A stretch of DNA of 64,000 bases from Selaginella moellendorffii (Eukaryota; Plantae; Lycopodiophyta). The notes below the pieces were generated by a model. The model did not search any database and was not told where the DNA came from. It was given only the letters and a program-made list of their open reading frames with translations. Within the stretch, counting starts at the first letter, position 1; the number at the start of each line of letters is the position of its first letter. The position numbers and the translations under genes were made by a program. Of this stretch, positions 37,763 to 48,822 are shown one piece after another. The stretch is taken from positions 2,386,373 through 2,450,372 of the forward strand of contig NW_003314278.1 in assembly GCF_000143415.4 (NCBI RefSeq). The letters run 5' to 3'.

Positions 37763-39883
37763 ATGAATGACCAGGTGGCCTTACTGAAAGCATATGCCCG
37801 CAATGGGCATATTGCACAAGCAGAGAAGATTCTCTATGCAATGCCCGAGTGGAATCTTCTTGCCTGGACCACGCTGCTGGCCGCAAGTGTCCAGGCTGGG
37901 AATCTCAAAGAATGTAAAAGGATCTTTGAGGAGACTCCACGAAGGGACATAGCGCTCTGGAACGTAATGCTTGCAGCATACACTCACACTGGGAATCTTG
38001 GTGAAGCAAAGGTCTTCTTTGATTCTATGCCTTGTTGGAATCTTCTCTCCTGGACAATACTTCTTGTGGGATACGCCCAAAATGGGTTTGTCACACAAGC
38101 CCGGAGAATGTTTGACAGGATGACTAACAGAAATCTCGTGACATGGAATGCACTGCTCTGGGCTTACGCACAAAACGGCGACTTAGGCAGTGCGACTTCC
38201 ATCTTTAAAATCATGCCTCAGTACGACATAGTTTCATATAACACAGCTCTTTCGGAAATTGCCCAAAAGGGGCATATTGAGGATACAAAGAAACTTTATA
38301 ATGTATTGCCAGAGTGGAACGTCATCACCTATAACATTATGTTAGCTGCATATGAAACAAAAGGGCTTGTGGATGAAATTGAGAAAATGCTAGGAGAAAT
38401 GCCCGAACGAGACCTTGTATCATATACCACACTTTTATCAGCTTATGCCCAAGTGGGGAATGTGAAATATACTCAGCTACTCTTTGATTGCATGCCACAA
38501 CACAATTTAGTGTCATGGAATGTGCTTATGGCTGCTTGTGTCTGTCACGGTGATTTTGGTCTTTGCAAAAGCGTTTTTGATGCAATGCCCGAGCTGAACT
38601 TGGTATCTTGGAACTCAATGGTATCAGCCTATGCAGAAAGTGGTTATCTCATCCAGGCAAAACACGTACTATCTGTGATGCCAGCTTGGGACTGCGTATC
38701 GTGGACCACCTTGCTGGTAGCTTATTCCCAATACGGGTATCTTGATATTGCAAAAGCCTTGTTTGACCAGATACCCGAAAAGGATACCATTTGCTGGAAC
38801 GCAATGGCGTCTGCATATGCCCAATCTGGGCATCTTCAAGAGGCCAAACAAATGATGGACTTGTGTCCGTATGTAAGTGTGCCGTCGTACAACACGGTTC
38901 TTGCTGGCTATTCCGGCACCCCTCACGTCCAAGAGGCAAAGCAGGTGTTCGATTCCATGCACTACCGCAATCTGGTTTCATGGTTGACAATGCTGTCGAT
39001 GTACACACAAAGCGATAGCATCAGAGAGGCCAGGCACCTGTTTGGTGAAATGCCCGAGAGAAACTTGGCCGCGTTCCACATCATGCTGGGGGCATTTGCC
39101 AGAAAGGAACTCCTGGAAGACGCCAAGAGTATCTATGATAAAATTCCCGAGAAGACCATAGAATCGTGGTGTCTACTGGTGGCAGGATTCTCTCAACACG
39201 GGCATTTCATCTGCATAGATCCTCAGTACTTCGAGCAAGTTGACGATGCCGTTCGCAACCATGAGATGTTTAAAGCATATGCCCAGATTCGGCATCCTCA
39301 CAAGAGCAAACACTATTTTGATCACTTGCAGACCAGAGATTCCGACACGTGGACGCAGATGCTGGTCGTGTACGGATACAACGGCCAGGTGGCAGAATCG
39401 GAGCGGCTGTTTTCCGCAATGCCCGAGCACGAAGAAGTAAGTTGGAGCACCATGCTTCTAGCATATGCCCAGAACGGGCATTTTGAAAAGGTGGTGGATT
39501 TGTATTACAGACTTGTGATGGTCACGAATCCCCGGCTGGTTTGCTTCGTGTCGGTGTTGGTCGCTTGCAGCCGCAAAGGAGACGTGGAATCTGGACGGCA
39601 GTGCTTTGGCTCGATCAAGTCTGACTTTGGCCTTGACTACTCCAAGCAGCACTACAGTTGCATGCTGGATCTCTTGACGCGAGCTGGGCGGTTCCAAGAC
39701 GCGACGGACCTCATCAGCAGCATGCCTTTCGAGCCGAGCGATGTGGAATGGAGATGCCTGCTCGCGGCTTGCAGATGCCGTGGCCACAGCGCGCTTGAAG
39801 CTCGAGGAACAGTGGGAAATGCCCTGGATACTGGATCGACAGACTCGTCGACTTATGTTCTGGCAGCCAACGTCGTGTGTTGA
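37763..39883 (+). CDS. PLS-class PPR protein with truncated E domain
   Basis: 706-aa ORF with a long run of 31-aa repeats and HYSCMLDLLTRAG. Confidence 0.92.
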   Translation: MNDQVALLKAYARNGHIAQAEKILYAMPEWNLLAWTTLLAASVQAGNLKECKRIFEETPRRDIALWNVMLAAYTHTGNLGEAKVFFDSMPCWNLLSWTILLVGYAQNGFVTQARRMFDRMTNRNLVTWNALLWAYAQNGDLGSATSIFKIMPQYDIVSYNTALSEIAQKGHIEDTKKLYNVLPEWNVITYNIMLAAYETKGLVDEIEKMLGEMPERDLVSYTTLLSAYAQVGNVKYTQLLFDCMPQHNLVSWNVLMAACVCHGDFGLCKSVFDAMPELNLVSWNSMVSAYAESGYLIQAKHVLSVMPAWDCVSWTTLLVAYSQYGYLDIAKALFDQIPEKDTICWNAMASAYAQSGHLQEAKQMMDLCPYVSVPSYNTVLAGYSGTPHVQEAKQVFDSMHYRNLVSWLTMLSMYTQSDSIREARHLFGEMPERNLAAFHIMLGAFARKELLEDAKSIYDKIPEKTIESWCLLVAGFSQHGHFICIDPQYFEQVDDAVRNHEMFKAYAQIRHPHKSKHYFDHLQTRDSDTWTQMLVVYGYNGQVAESERLFSAMPEHEEVSWSTMLLAYAQNGHFEKVVDLYYRLVMVTNPRLVCFVSVLVACSRKGDVESGRQCFGSIKSDFGLDYSKQHYSCMLDLLTRAGRFQDATDLISSMPFEPSDVEWRCLLAACRCRGHSALEARGTVGNALDTGSTDSSTYVLAANVVC

Positions 39884-40372
39884 TGGAGAGCTCTGGAAAC
39901 AAAGACAAACACTGTTTGTGTCAGCCATGGACATGAAAACAGTGCGCAAAGAGGACGTATCACCCCTTTGAAAGCTCCCCGGAGAAGACCGACAGGCCAA
40001 AACTTTGGTGGTGTTTGAGATTCGCAACACAGCTGAGGTAATCCTTGAGAGTTTTCCATATTTTTGCCGCTATGGCCCTGCTCAACAAGTGATTACATGA
40101 TTGGCATTGTCGATAAAGTCTACCGTAAAACGTGAAAACTCCTCCACGTGGAGGGGCCGGCTCGTCGTCAACACGCTGTTGATCGCCGAATTGAATCTTC
40201 CGTCCCCTCATCAGTTCTTTTGCTTAAGACCTGAGAAAAGGAAAAATATGGTGCTGGGAGACGCGGCGAGCTTACAAAGACGATTGTCGAGTTAAGTACC
40301 TCTCTCAGTCGCAGCTTTAGATTATAGCATGGATAGATTTCTTGAGCCAGCCATCTATCTTCGTCTGAGGCG

Positions 40373-41686
40373 ATGATGCCGTCAAGAGCACAAGACAATC
40401 ATACTAGATCAATGGCTGCCAGCAGCAGCAAGAAGAGATCCCTGGAACAGAAGAACGATGAGCAAAACAACTTAGAATTTGGGAACAGCATCGACACGGA
40501 CCTCTCTGGTTGCTTCCAAAAGTTCATCGCGAACTCCGTCGACACGGCCGGATCAAGCAGCAGCACCAACTGGGCTCCAGAGCTCCTGCAAGAATGCGCA
40601 AAGGCAGTGGACGAGAAAGATGGCCCGAGAGTCCAGTATCTCATGTGGGTGCTCAACGAGCTCTCCTCTCCATACGGCAACACGGAGCAAAGGCTCGCGT
40701 CGGCATTCCTCCAGGCCCTCTTCGCAAAGCTGACGAGAAGAGGCGGCCAGCACTACCGGAGCCTGTGCAGCGCCGCCGCCAAGAGCCACTCCTTCGCGTC
40801 GATGAAGAAGATGGTGCTCAAGTTCCAGGAGCTGAGCCCCTGGATGACGGTGGGGATGGTGGCGGCCAACGGAGCCATCCTGGAAGCGCTCGAGGGCGAG
40901 CGGAGTGTCCACATTGTGGACGTGAGCAACACCTTTTGCACCCAGTGGCCGACGCTCTTCGAGGCGCTGGCGATGAGAGCCGAGCATCCTCCACACCTGC
41001 GGGTCACAACGCTGCGGCTTAGCTCCAGAGAGGAGGAAGAGAGCTCCGAGCAAGTCATGAGAGAGATCACTCACCGGCTAGAGAAATTCGCGCGGCTCAT
41101 GGGAATCCCCTTCGAGTTCTCGGTGCTCGCCGCCGTGGAGACGGAGGAGATCAATCCGGCAATGCTGGAGACCCGGAGCAACGAGGTGCTCATCGTGAAT
41201 GCCATGAATTTCTTCCAGCACCAGCGCCACGGCCGCCCCCTCGCTGTTCTAGCCCGGGCCGTAAACCCGAAGGCCGTGATCGTGGTGGAGGACGAGGTGG
41301 ACCTCTCCTCTCCTCAATTCCTGACGCGCTTCGCCGAGGCGCAGCGATTCTACTCCATGTTCTTCGAATCCCTCGACAGCAGCTTCCCCAGGACGAGCGG
41401 CGAGAGGATGATGCTGGAGCGCGTCGCCGGTAGGCGAATCGTGGCGGCGCTAGGCTGCGATGACGATCCCGCTGCGGGTGCACGGGCGCCAGAAAAATGG
41501 AACCTGGCGATGCAACGCGAGGCATTCGTGCCCAAGCCCCTGAAATCCGAGGTCGTGGACGACATTCAGGCGCTGCTCAAGCGCTACAAACCTGGATGGG
41601 GCCTCCAGCGTTGTGACATTGGCCTTTTCTTGACGTGGAAGGAAGAGAACGCCATCGCTGTCACAGTGTGGAAGCAACAACCCTAG
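40373..41686 (+). CDS. SHR-like: GRAS transcription factor, SHORT-ROOT subfamily
   Basis: LMWVLNELSSPYGNTEQRLAS, LKFQELSPW, VHIVD-SNTFCTQWPTL and RLEKFARLMGIPFEF; intronless. Confidence 0.92.
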   Translation: MMPSRAQDNHTRSMAASSSKKRSLEQKNDEQNNLEFGNSIDTDLSGCFQKFIANSVDTAGSSSSTNWAPELLQECAKAVDEKDGPRVQYLMWVLNELSSPYGNTEQRLASAFLQALFAKLTRRGGQHYRSLCSAAAKSHSFASMKKMVLKFQELSPWMTVGMVAANGAILEALEGERSVHIVDVSNTFCTQWPTLFEALAMRAEHPPHLRVTTLRLSSREEEESSEQVMREITHRLEKFARLMGIPFEFSVLAAVETEEINPAMLETRSNEVLIVNAMNFFQHQRHGRPLAVLARAVNPKAVIVVEDEVDLSSPQFLTRFAEAQRFYSMFFESLDSSFPRTSGERMMLERVAGRRIVAALGCDDDPAAGARAPEKWNLAMQREAFVPKPLKSEVVDDIQALLKRYKPGWGLQRCDIGLFLTWKEENAIAVTVWKQQP

Positions 41687-43556
41687 CGCGGGGAAGAAAC
41701 CATTTTGAAATATTATTAAATTTTACTTAGTATTCATTTAGACTTAGCTATTTAAAACTGACTTTTTACAGTTATGTTCATATCTACAATGTAGATTACT
41801 CTTGCTTTTATAAATTATAAACATGTTTATAATTTATAAACAAATTATCTCTTGACATTCGTTGACGGTAATTTGCAATCCTTGTCCAAGATAGAGAACT
41901 GTCTAAACAAGAACAAAGTATATTTATGTGCTTGATTCACCTAACAATTATATAAAACAGGGTCTCACGAGTCTGAGGAAGGGGAGTACTTGGGTCCTTT
42001 AACTCAGTGATTGTTTTCCTCAATGTATGCTATACTTGCTGGCTTGTTCAAGTTTTAACATGCTAATTTGGCTTGCTGTTGCTTGGCAGAGTATCCATGG
42101 ATCGTGTTTATTGAGCTTTGCATGCTCACTCTCTGTCTGTTAGGTGATGAGGCGACCTAGCTATTGAATTAGGGCTGACTGACTTGGTTGTCTATCCAAG
42201 CTGCAAACCCAGACTTGCCAAGTGTTTTTCTAGCTGGCTGACTAACCATTCCTTGGATTTGGAGAGCCAAGACTAGGGAATGTCTATAGTTATAGGATGA
42301 AACTTTAAATGCTTTCATCAGAAAAAAAAAAAAGAAAGAAAGTATTTTGTGCAGTGACTCGCAATCTTCCTTCGGAAGTTCCTTTGGGAGCAGCATGCCA
42401 TTCGCCCCATATGATCCAAGTGGAGGCTAAATTAAAATAAGCTTCAACTGTGATGGAGTATGTCGGGAATTAGAGGGCTTTAGTTTACTTCTAGCTACAC
42501 AAGTAGTGATTTGCAGTTCCAGCAAACGCTTCACATATAAGATTTAAAAAAAGAGATGTAAGTTTACAAGTATAAAAGAAAAAATAAGAACTTACTATTG
42601 TAAAGATAGATGAAGCAGCAGGTAGGAAGTGCTGTTTAGATTCACTTCTTGATCTGGGAGAATCTTGGGAAGCGTTAGGATGTATGAAGCATGCAAGTTT
42701 GCGGCTTCCAGGATGTTTGGAGGCAAGTGTATAATCTACTGGGCAAGGAAAAAAAATGCTTCCATGGATCATATGTGAATAATATTAAGCATGTAACACA
42801 TAACAAGTAATTAGGTAATATAACAAATGATATGGTAAATGTGGATAAAAATAAATCAAACTTGTTAGAGCCATATTTATTTCCATATTAATAAAATGTT
42901 TAAGAATATAGTTTTAATATTATAATATATATTTTCACTTACTTAAAAAATTACTCAATTTTTTAATGCATCTATCAAGTTTTTCAAATTGGAAAAAATT
43001 AGTATTAAAAACTGAGCAACAAAAACTTTTTAGAACCAATAAATCATTAAAGGTAAAACATTTAAATAGCAAAACCATAAATCAAAATATAAAGTTTATT
43101 TATAAGTATTTTATTTTTATTTATTTTAAAAAATCTTTTTTATATATATATAAATATAATTTTAACTAATCCTTGCCAAAAAATTTAACCATATTTTTTA
43201 TTTTTATATTTATAGTTTATACTTTTTATAATCTATTTTGTTTTTTATTGTATTATATTTTATATTTTACTGAGATTTACTTAATTTTTATCAGTTTAGT
43301 AACAAAACTCGTTTCTACATTTTTGTAAAGTAGTTTAAACTTAAATAGCCCTTCTTTAAAATATAGTATATAAAAATATTTACATTAAAATTTATAGCTT
43401 TCACCATACTTTCACTATTAACCATTATCAAAAGAAAAAGCATGAAGGGGTAGCTACCCACAACTCAACCCATGATATAATTTACAATTTAGGATAATAA
43501 AAGGTAATTCATGTTTTTAAAAATCAAAATTATGGCTGATTAACTCACTTTATATT

Positions 43557-43558
<2 letters not shown>

Positions 43559-43587
<29 letters not shown>

Positions 43588-43606
43588 CTATCTATCTATC
43601 TATCTA

Positions 43607-43640
<34 letters not shown>
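43559..43640 (+). repeat. Compound (TATG)n(TATC)n(TA)n microsatellite
   Basis: Direct reading of the sequence. Confidence 0.95.
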
Positions 43641-43641
<1 letters not shown>

Positions 43642-44224
43642 CTCTACACATAAAACGATAAGATTTTTCATTTGGATTTCAATTACTAATAAAGGAAATA
43701 AATAGTTAAAACAAGAACTATGCAAAATAGAACTCAAAAAGACTATATAAATATAGTATTCTTCTAAGTGGTTGAAATAACAATTGTACTTTTGTAATTT
43801 TGTATATAGTCCACCTATGTGGACACTTTCTCTCTAACCTCTTGCCTCTGGCTCAAGTACTCATTCTAGAGAACGCTTGTTGGCTTAACTGCCATTCTAG
43901 AATATTTCTACTTTTCACTCAACCCCAAGCGTTCTTCCAATAATTGAAACTTACAGTTAATGCTGGAAGATTAATCGGCACCACCTTGGCTAGAAACGAC
44001 GTTCCAGCCCGATTGATATACGAGCCGGGGCAGATAAGAAGGAAATTACTGTTCATCGAGATAGAGACGACGGGCATATTCTCCGGCGGCTGCATGGCCG
44101 CTGGCACGTGTCTGGCCAAGCTGGCTGGCGTCATTTGATTTTTTTTCCTTTGCGTCTATGCCTGTATGGAAAACACAGACAAGGCGAGTGTAGAACAAAC
44201 ACTGTTTTGTATTTTCACTCTCCA

Positions 44225-45758
44225 ATGGCGCACGAAGCGAGCATCAAGGTCGAGATTCCCAGCCGCCTCGAGGAGCTCTGGGAGCTCTCGCCTCACCTCC
44301 CATCTCCACAGCGATTAAACGCCGCATTCGACAGCATCGCGGTCTCTTCCTTTCCCCCACTCGGAGAAGCCAAAGGTGAGCTCCTCTTTCTCTTCTTGAT
44401 CTTGTTTTAGCTATTTTCTTCATCGCTGCGCAGTGATCGAAATAGCATCAGACGCGAGCATTGCGGAAGCTGTCCAGATTCTAGCGAGGAACAACGTTTT
44501 GAGCGCACCGGTGAGAGATGTGGAGGCCCCCGACGACGCGAGCTGGATCGATCGGTACATAGGAATCGTCGAGTTTGCTGGGATCATCTTGTGGCTGCTC
44601 CAACAGGTTGGTCTCTCCAACTTCTGTTCTTTTCGTTTTCCTATGGTTGTGATTTGAAGCTGTGAGTGTTCCAGTCCGGAGTGTCCTCTCCCAAGGCTAG
44701 TGCAAAGCTAGAAAATTTGCAAGCAGCGGCACTCGCATCTTCGGGGAGCTTTGGACGTACAGCTGTTCCAGAGCCGTATCCACCGGAAATTTTAGAAAGC
44801 GATTTCTTTGAAGAACTTACTTCCTCGTCCTGCTACAATCAAAGCAAGGTCAGTCCAGCAAAACAAAGATCAAAGAAAAAGACTTACACGAGAAGTTTCA
44901 GGTGAAAGACATCGTTGGATCGTTTAGATGGGCTCCATTCCTCCCGGTGCAAAAATCCGACACTCTTCTCACAGTGCTACTGCTGCTGTCGAATTATCAC
45001 ATGAAAAGCCTCCCGGTTGTGGAATCTGGACGAGCAGAGATACAAGGTCTCATCACGCAATCAGCAGTAGTTCATGTTCTCTCGCAGTGCATTGGCATAC
45101 CTTGGTTCGACAGCCTCGGTAAGCTGTCGTTAGCACAGCTTGGCCTCCCATCGACAACATCAGCCAAAATGTTGAAGGCATGCCAACCATCTCCTTCTTT
45201 TATCTCCTTCGTCGTTGTACCAATCTCTTTCATAAACTTTCCAGATCGTGGAAGACGAGCCAGTTCTTCGAGCGTTTCGAGTGATGCGGTACCACAACGT
45301 TGGCGGCTTGCCTGTCATCACAAAGTCTGACAACAAACCAATCGGTAACATCAGTATCAGAGACGTCCGGTTTCTACTTACAGCCCCACAAGTTTACAAA
45401 TCTCACCGGTATAGTCTCGTTGTAGTTCTCCAGTGCCAAACTTAGCTTTCCTCTCTGCAGAACAATAACAGCGAAGGATTTCCTCCAAGTTACAAAGTCG
45501 ATCTTGCAAAAAGACCAGCCTTCCTCACCGATCCTCCACCCTGTCATCGTTTGCACGTCGAGTGAGAGGCTCCAGGACGTGATCTCCAAGCTGGACAGGG
45601 CCCGAATCCACCGCATCTACGTCGTGGACAAGCACGGCCACCTCGAAGGTGTGGTGACCTTGAGAGACATCATCTCCAAGTTCGTGGACGAGCCTCCGGG
45701 TTACTTTGGAGATTTCTTCGCCGGCGTAGTTCCTGCCACAAGAACTTGCAAAGTGTGA
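44225..45758 (+). CDS. KING1: SnRK1 gamma-type CBS-domain protein (KING1-like), multi-exon
   Basis: LSAPVRDVEAPDDASWIDRYIGIVEF, GSFRWAPFLP and IHRIYVVD...VVTLRDIISK. Confidence 0.9.
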
Positions 45759-45938
45759 ATTCTTCCTGTCAGTTACAGAATGGTAAGAACATACCAGTGA
45801 AACAAACTTGGATCTCCCAAGTTCGTGCAGCAGCGTCCGGACGCTTTATTGTGTAGTTCCTGCCACAAGGAACTCAAACATGCTGTAAATCTGTAAGAAC
45901 AAACCCAGTGAAAGACTTGGATGAGTAGAGGATTTGGT

Positions 45939-46691
45939 TTATTGCGCTGCTGCCTCTTTCAAGCAAGATCTCATAACATCGCCAATCTTGGCACAGGCAT
46001 CCAAGCAGAGCTCCAGTGATTCCGAGGCCCTGGAGCTGGACCATTCCCCGGTCATGGTAACTTGCGTGATCTCTTTTCTGGAGGGCATATAAGCCACCAT
46101 GAGACTACCATCCTCGCAATTCTCTTCGCTCGTCGAGGGATCCAACAGGACCTGGCCTTGGATACTACTGGCCGACACCGCTGCTACTAGATCATACAAG
46201 ACGATCCCCGCGTCGGCTAGAGCGAGCGATGCGCAAGTGACGATCACCGGAAGATCGCCACCCCCGGATTGAAGAACAAGCGCGAAGACGTCGACAGTGG
46301 TCTTGGGGAACGTTCGAAGATCCACAGCGCCCACCACAGACTTGTAGAGCATTGATGAGAGATCCCTCTCCTCGGCATTGGCAGCGCCCATCTTCCCTCT
46401 CACAGGCGTCGCGAAGGAGCAGTACTTGACGTTGCAATTGAGCCGCCCAGCGTCGCTGAATGCCTCGGCCTTCTTGCTCTCGCGAGGCCCAAACACGGAC
46501 ACGATCACCTTGGTGTCGCCCGACTCCGCGTAGGCCGATCCCGCCGCCGCCCGGACGGCGCCGGTGCGCAAGAATGCCGCGCGGCACATCTGTGCGTGGC
46601 GCCCGTCGATCCTCTCCCCATCGCTGGAAAATACGGGGGCGCGATGGGGCTCCTCCTCCAGCGCCTGCGTCGATCGCTGCTGCCGCGCCAT
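45939..46691 (-). CDS. MTR3: Exosome RNase PH-like subunit MTR3 (RRP41L)
   Basis: DGR...AFLRTGAV..AAGSAYAE.G.TKVIVSVFGPRE and FPKTTVDVFALVLQSGGGD; intronless. Confidence 0.88.
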   Translation of the reverse strand: MARQQRSTQALEEEPHRAPVFSSDGERIDGRHAQMCRAAFLRTGAVRAAAGSAYAESGDTKVIVSVFGPRESKKAEAFSDAGRLNCNVKYCSFATPVRGKMGAANAEERDLSSMLYKSVVGAVDLRTFPKTTVDVFALVLQSGGGDLPVIVTCASLALADAGIVLYDLVAAVSASSIQGQVLLDPSTSEENCEDGSLMVAYMPSRKEITQVTMTGEWSSSRASESLELCLDACAKIGDVMRSCLKEAAAQ

Positions 46692-46896
46692 CTCTCCCGC
46701 GCGTGCTTAAACCCCAAGGCCCCAAGAACCCTAAAAATGTGAGAGTTTAGGGCTCTTGCGATGAAGACGACGAAAGCGGGGAATGTAGCTCTTTTGTTTC
46801 CTTGTGTAGCCGCCGGCCAAGCATGGAATTTAGGATTTATACTGGAGTACCTCGCGGATTCGATGCACTCGTGTTGGGATCCCCAGATCCAGCTCC

Positions 46897-48537
46897 ATGG
46901 CTTCGCCAAGTTCTGGCTTGACCGCTGCCGTGGGGATCTCCGTCCTGGCTTTCAGCTTCGTCTCGGCGATCATCGTGGTCGCGATTTATTGTCTCAAGAG
47001 GAGCTTCTCGCATAGATCAGAGCCGATCGGATTTATTTCGCTGGAACAAGGTAGGCACTCTTTTCCCTTTCTTTCTCCATCTAAGTAGTGGAATGTTTTT
47101 CACCAGTTGCTTGGAAGAAGGAAGCTAACAGCATTGATGTTCCAACGCAAGCACGCCCCTTCCAGCTCCTGGAAATCAAAGTTGCTACCGAGAGCTTTAG
47201 CAGGAAGCTTGGAGAAGGAGGATTCGGGCCAGTTTATCACGGGATTCTCCCGGACGGCCATGAAATCGCAGTGAAGGTCCAGTCCTATGATTCCAAGCAA
47301 GGAGCGAACGAGTTCTTCAACGAGGTAAGCCCTTTGAAACACTGTTCTTTGTTTTGCTCTTGTTACAGTGGTATCACTCCAGGTCCAACTCCTGTCAAGA
47401 GCTCACCATCGTCACGTCGTCTCGCTGGTTGGCTACTGCCACGAAGCGAATTCTCGGATGCTAGTTTACGAGTATCTCTCTGGAGGAACGCTCGAAAGAA
47501 GCCTTCACGGTAAGATAGTTTACTCGTCATGAATCGACTGCCATTGTTCTGGAACTCCAGATATCAGCTCGAAGACACTCTTCTCTTGGAAAACCAGGCT
47601 GAAAATCGCGCTTGATGCTGCCAAAGGTACGTTTTCGTGCTGTCGATGTTTTCGAGGAGCTCATTCACTCTTGCAGGGATCGAGTACCTGCACTGCGGCT
47701 GCAATCCTCCAATCATCCACCGAGACTTGAAGAGCGGCAACATCCTCTTGACGAGCGCAATGCAAGCCAAGGTTGCGGACTTTGGCCTCTCAAAGCTGGT
47801 GGAGGGAAGTCGCATCTTTACAGCAGTCAAGGGTACGTCAGGCTATGTCGATCCTGAGTATGTTCTTCATCTCTTCCCATGATCTATCTTTCTCTTTGCG
47901 ATACTGATCATTCAATCGTATTTTGGATGACACAGGTACTATGAAACTCAAGAGCTAACACAAAAGAGCGATGTTTACAGCTTTGGGGTGGTGCTGCTGG
48001 AGATCATCTCCGGAAGAGAAGCTTTGATCGACACCCCCAAGCCTCGCAAACAGCTCAAACTCAGCGATTGGGTAACTAAGAATTTGTTCTTTCCTTCTTC
48101 CACTTTTTCCATCGCTATAGCCGAGTCGCTCTTTCTTCCAGGCCAGGGGCTTCTTGCTGGAGCGGCGAATCCACAAGATCATAGACCCCATCTTCGACGC
48201 TGTCTATAACATCGAATCCATCTGGAAAGCCGCGGAGCTCGCCATGTTTTGCGTGGAGCCTCGAGCTGTCCACAGGCCTGCAATGCCGGAAGTTGTCCAA
48301 GAGCTAAAGCAAGCGCTGGACATCGAGGAAGGGAGAATCACTGTAGCAACGATCGAGGCTGCGACGCCCACGCCCTTGGCTCCCGTCCAGGCCGCAAAAC
48401 ACCACCACGCGCGTTCCGAGCCAGTTTACTACCATCAAAACACTCGAAACTTTAGCTTCGGAACTTCTGAAGACGAATCTTACAGCTTCTCGAATTTGCG
48501 AGAGGTAAAAACAACTGAAGGAGAAACAACAACTTAG
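46897..48537 (+). CDS. Membrane-anchored receptor-like kinase without an ectodomain
   Basis: N-terminal TM segment, then [27 protein letters not shown] and [10 protein letters not shown]. Confidence 0.9.
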
Positions 48538-48822
48538 CTCGTAACAGTCGCTGGAAGAGTGAAGACCCGAGACCCAGGACTGAGAGAATGAACTTAACTA
48601 GGACGAAGCAGCGTGAAAGGTCGGACGAAAGAAGATCAACATAGTAAACGTAGCTCTCGACTGAACGATGAGATCAAAGGAAGGAAAAAAAAACCAGAGA
48701 ACTTAGCTGCAAGTGGAGAATGGAGATCGAACGGAAGAAGATCCATAGCAAAAGTAGTGAACTTAGCTCTGAACTGAAAGATCCGATCAAAGGAAGCAAA
48801 GAAAAAAAATAAACCAGAGCAC

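Noticed and set aside
41850-42790. Possible solo LTR
   Set aside because: It looks TE-derived, but I could not establish termini or a TSD.
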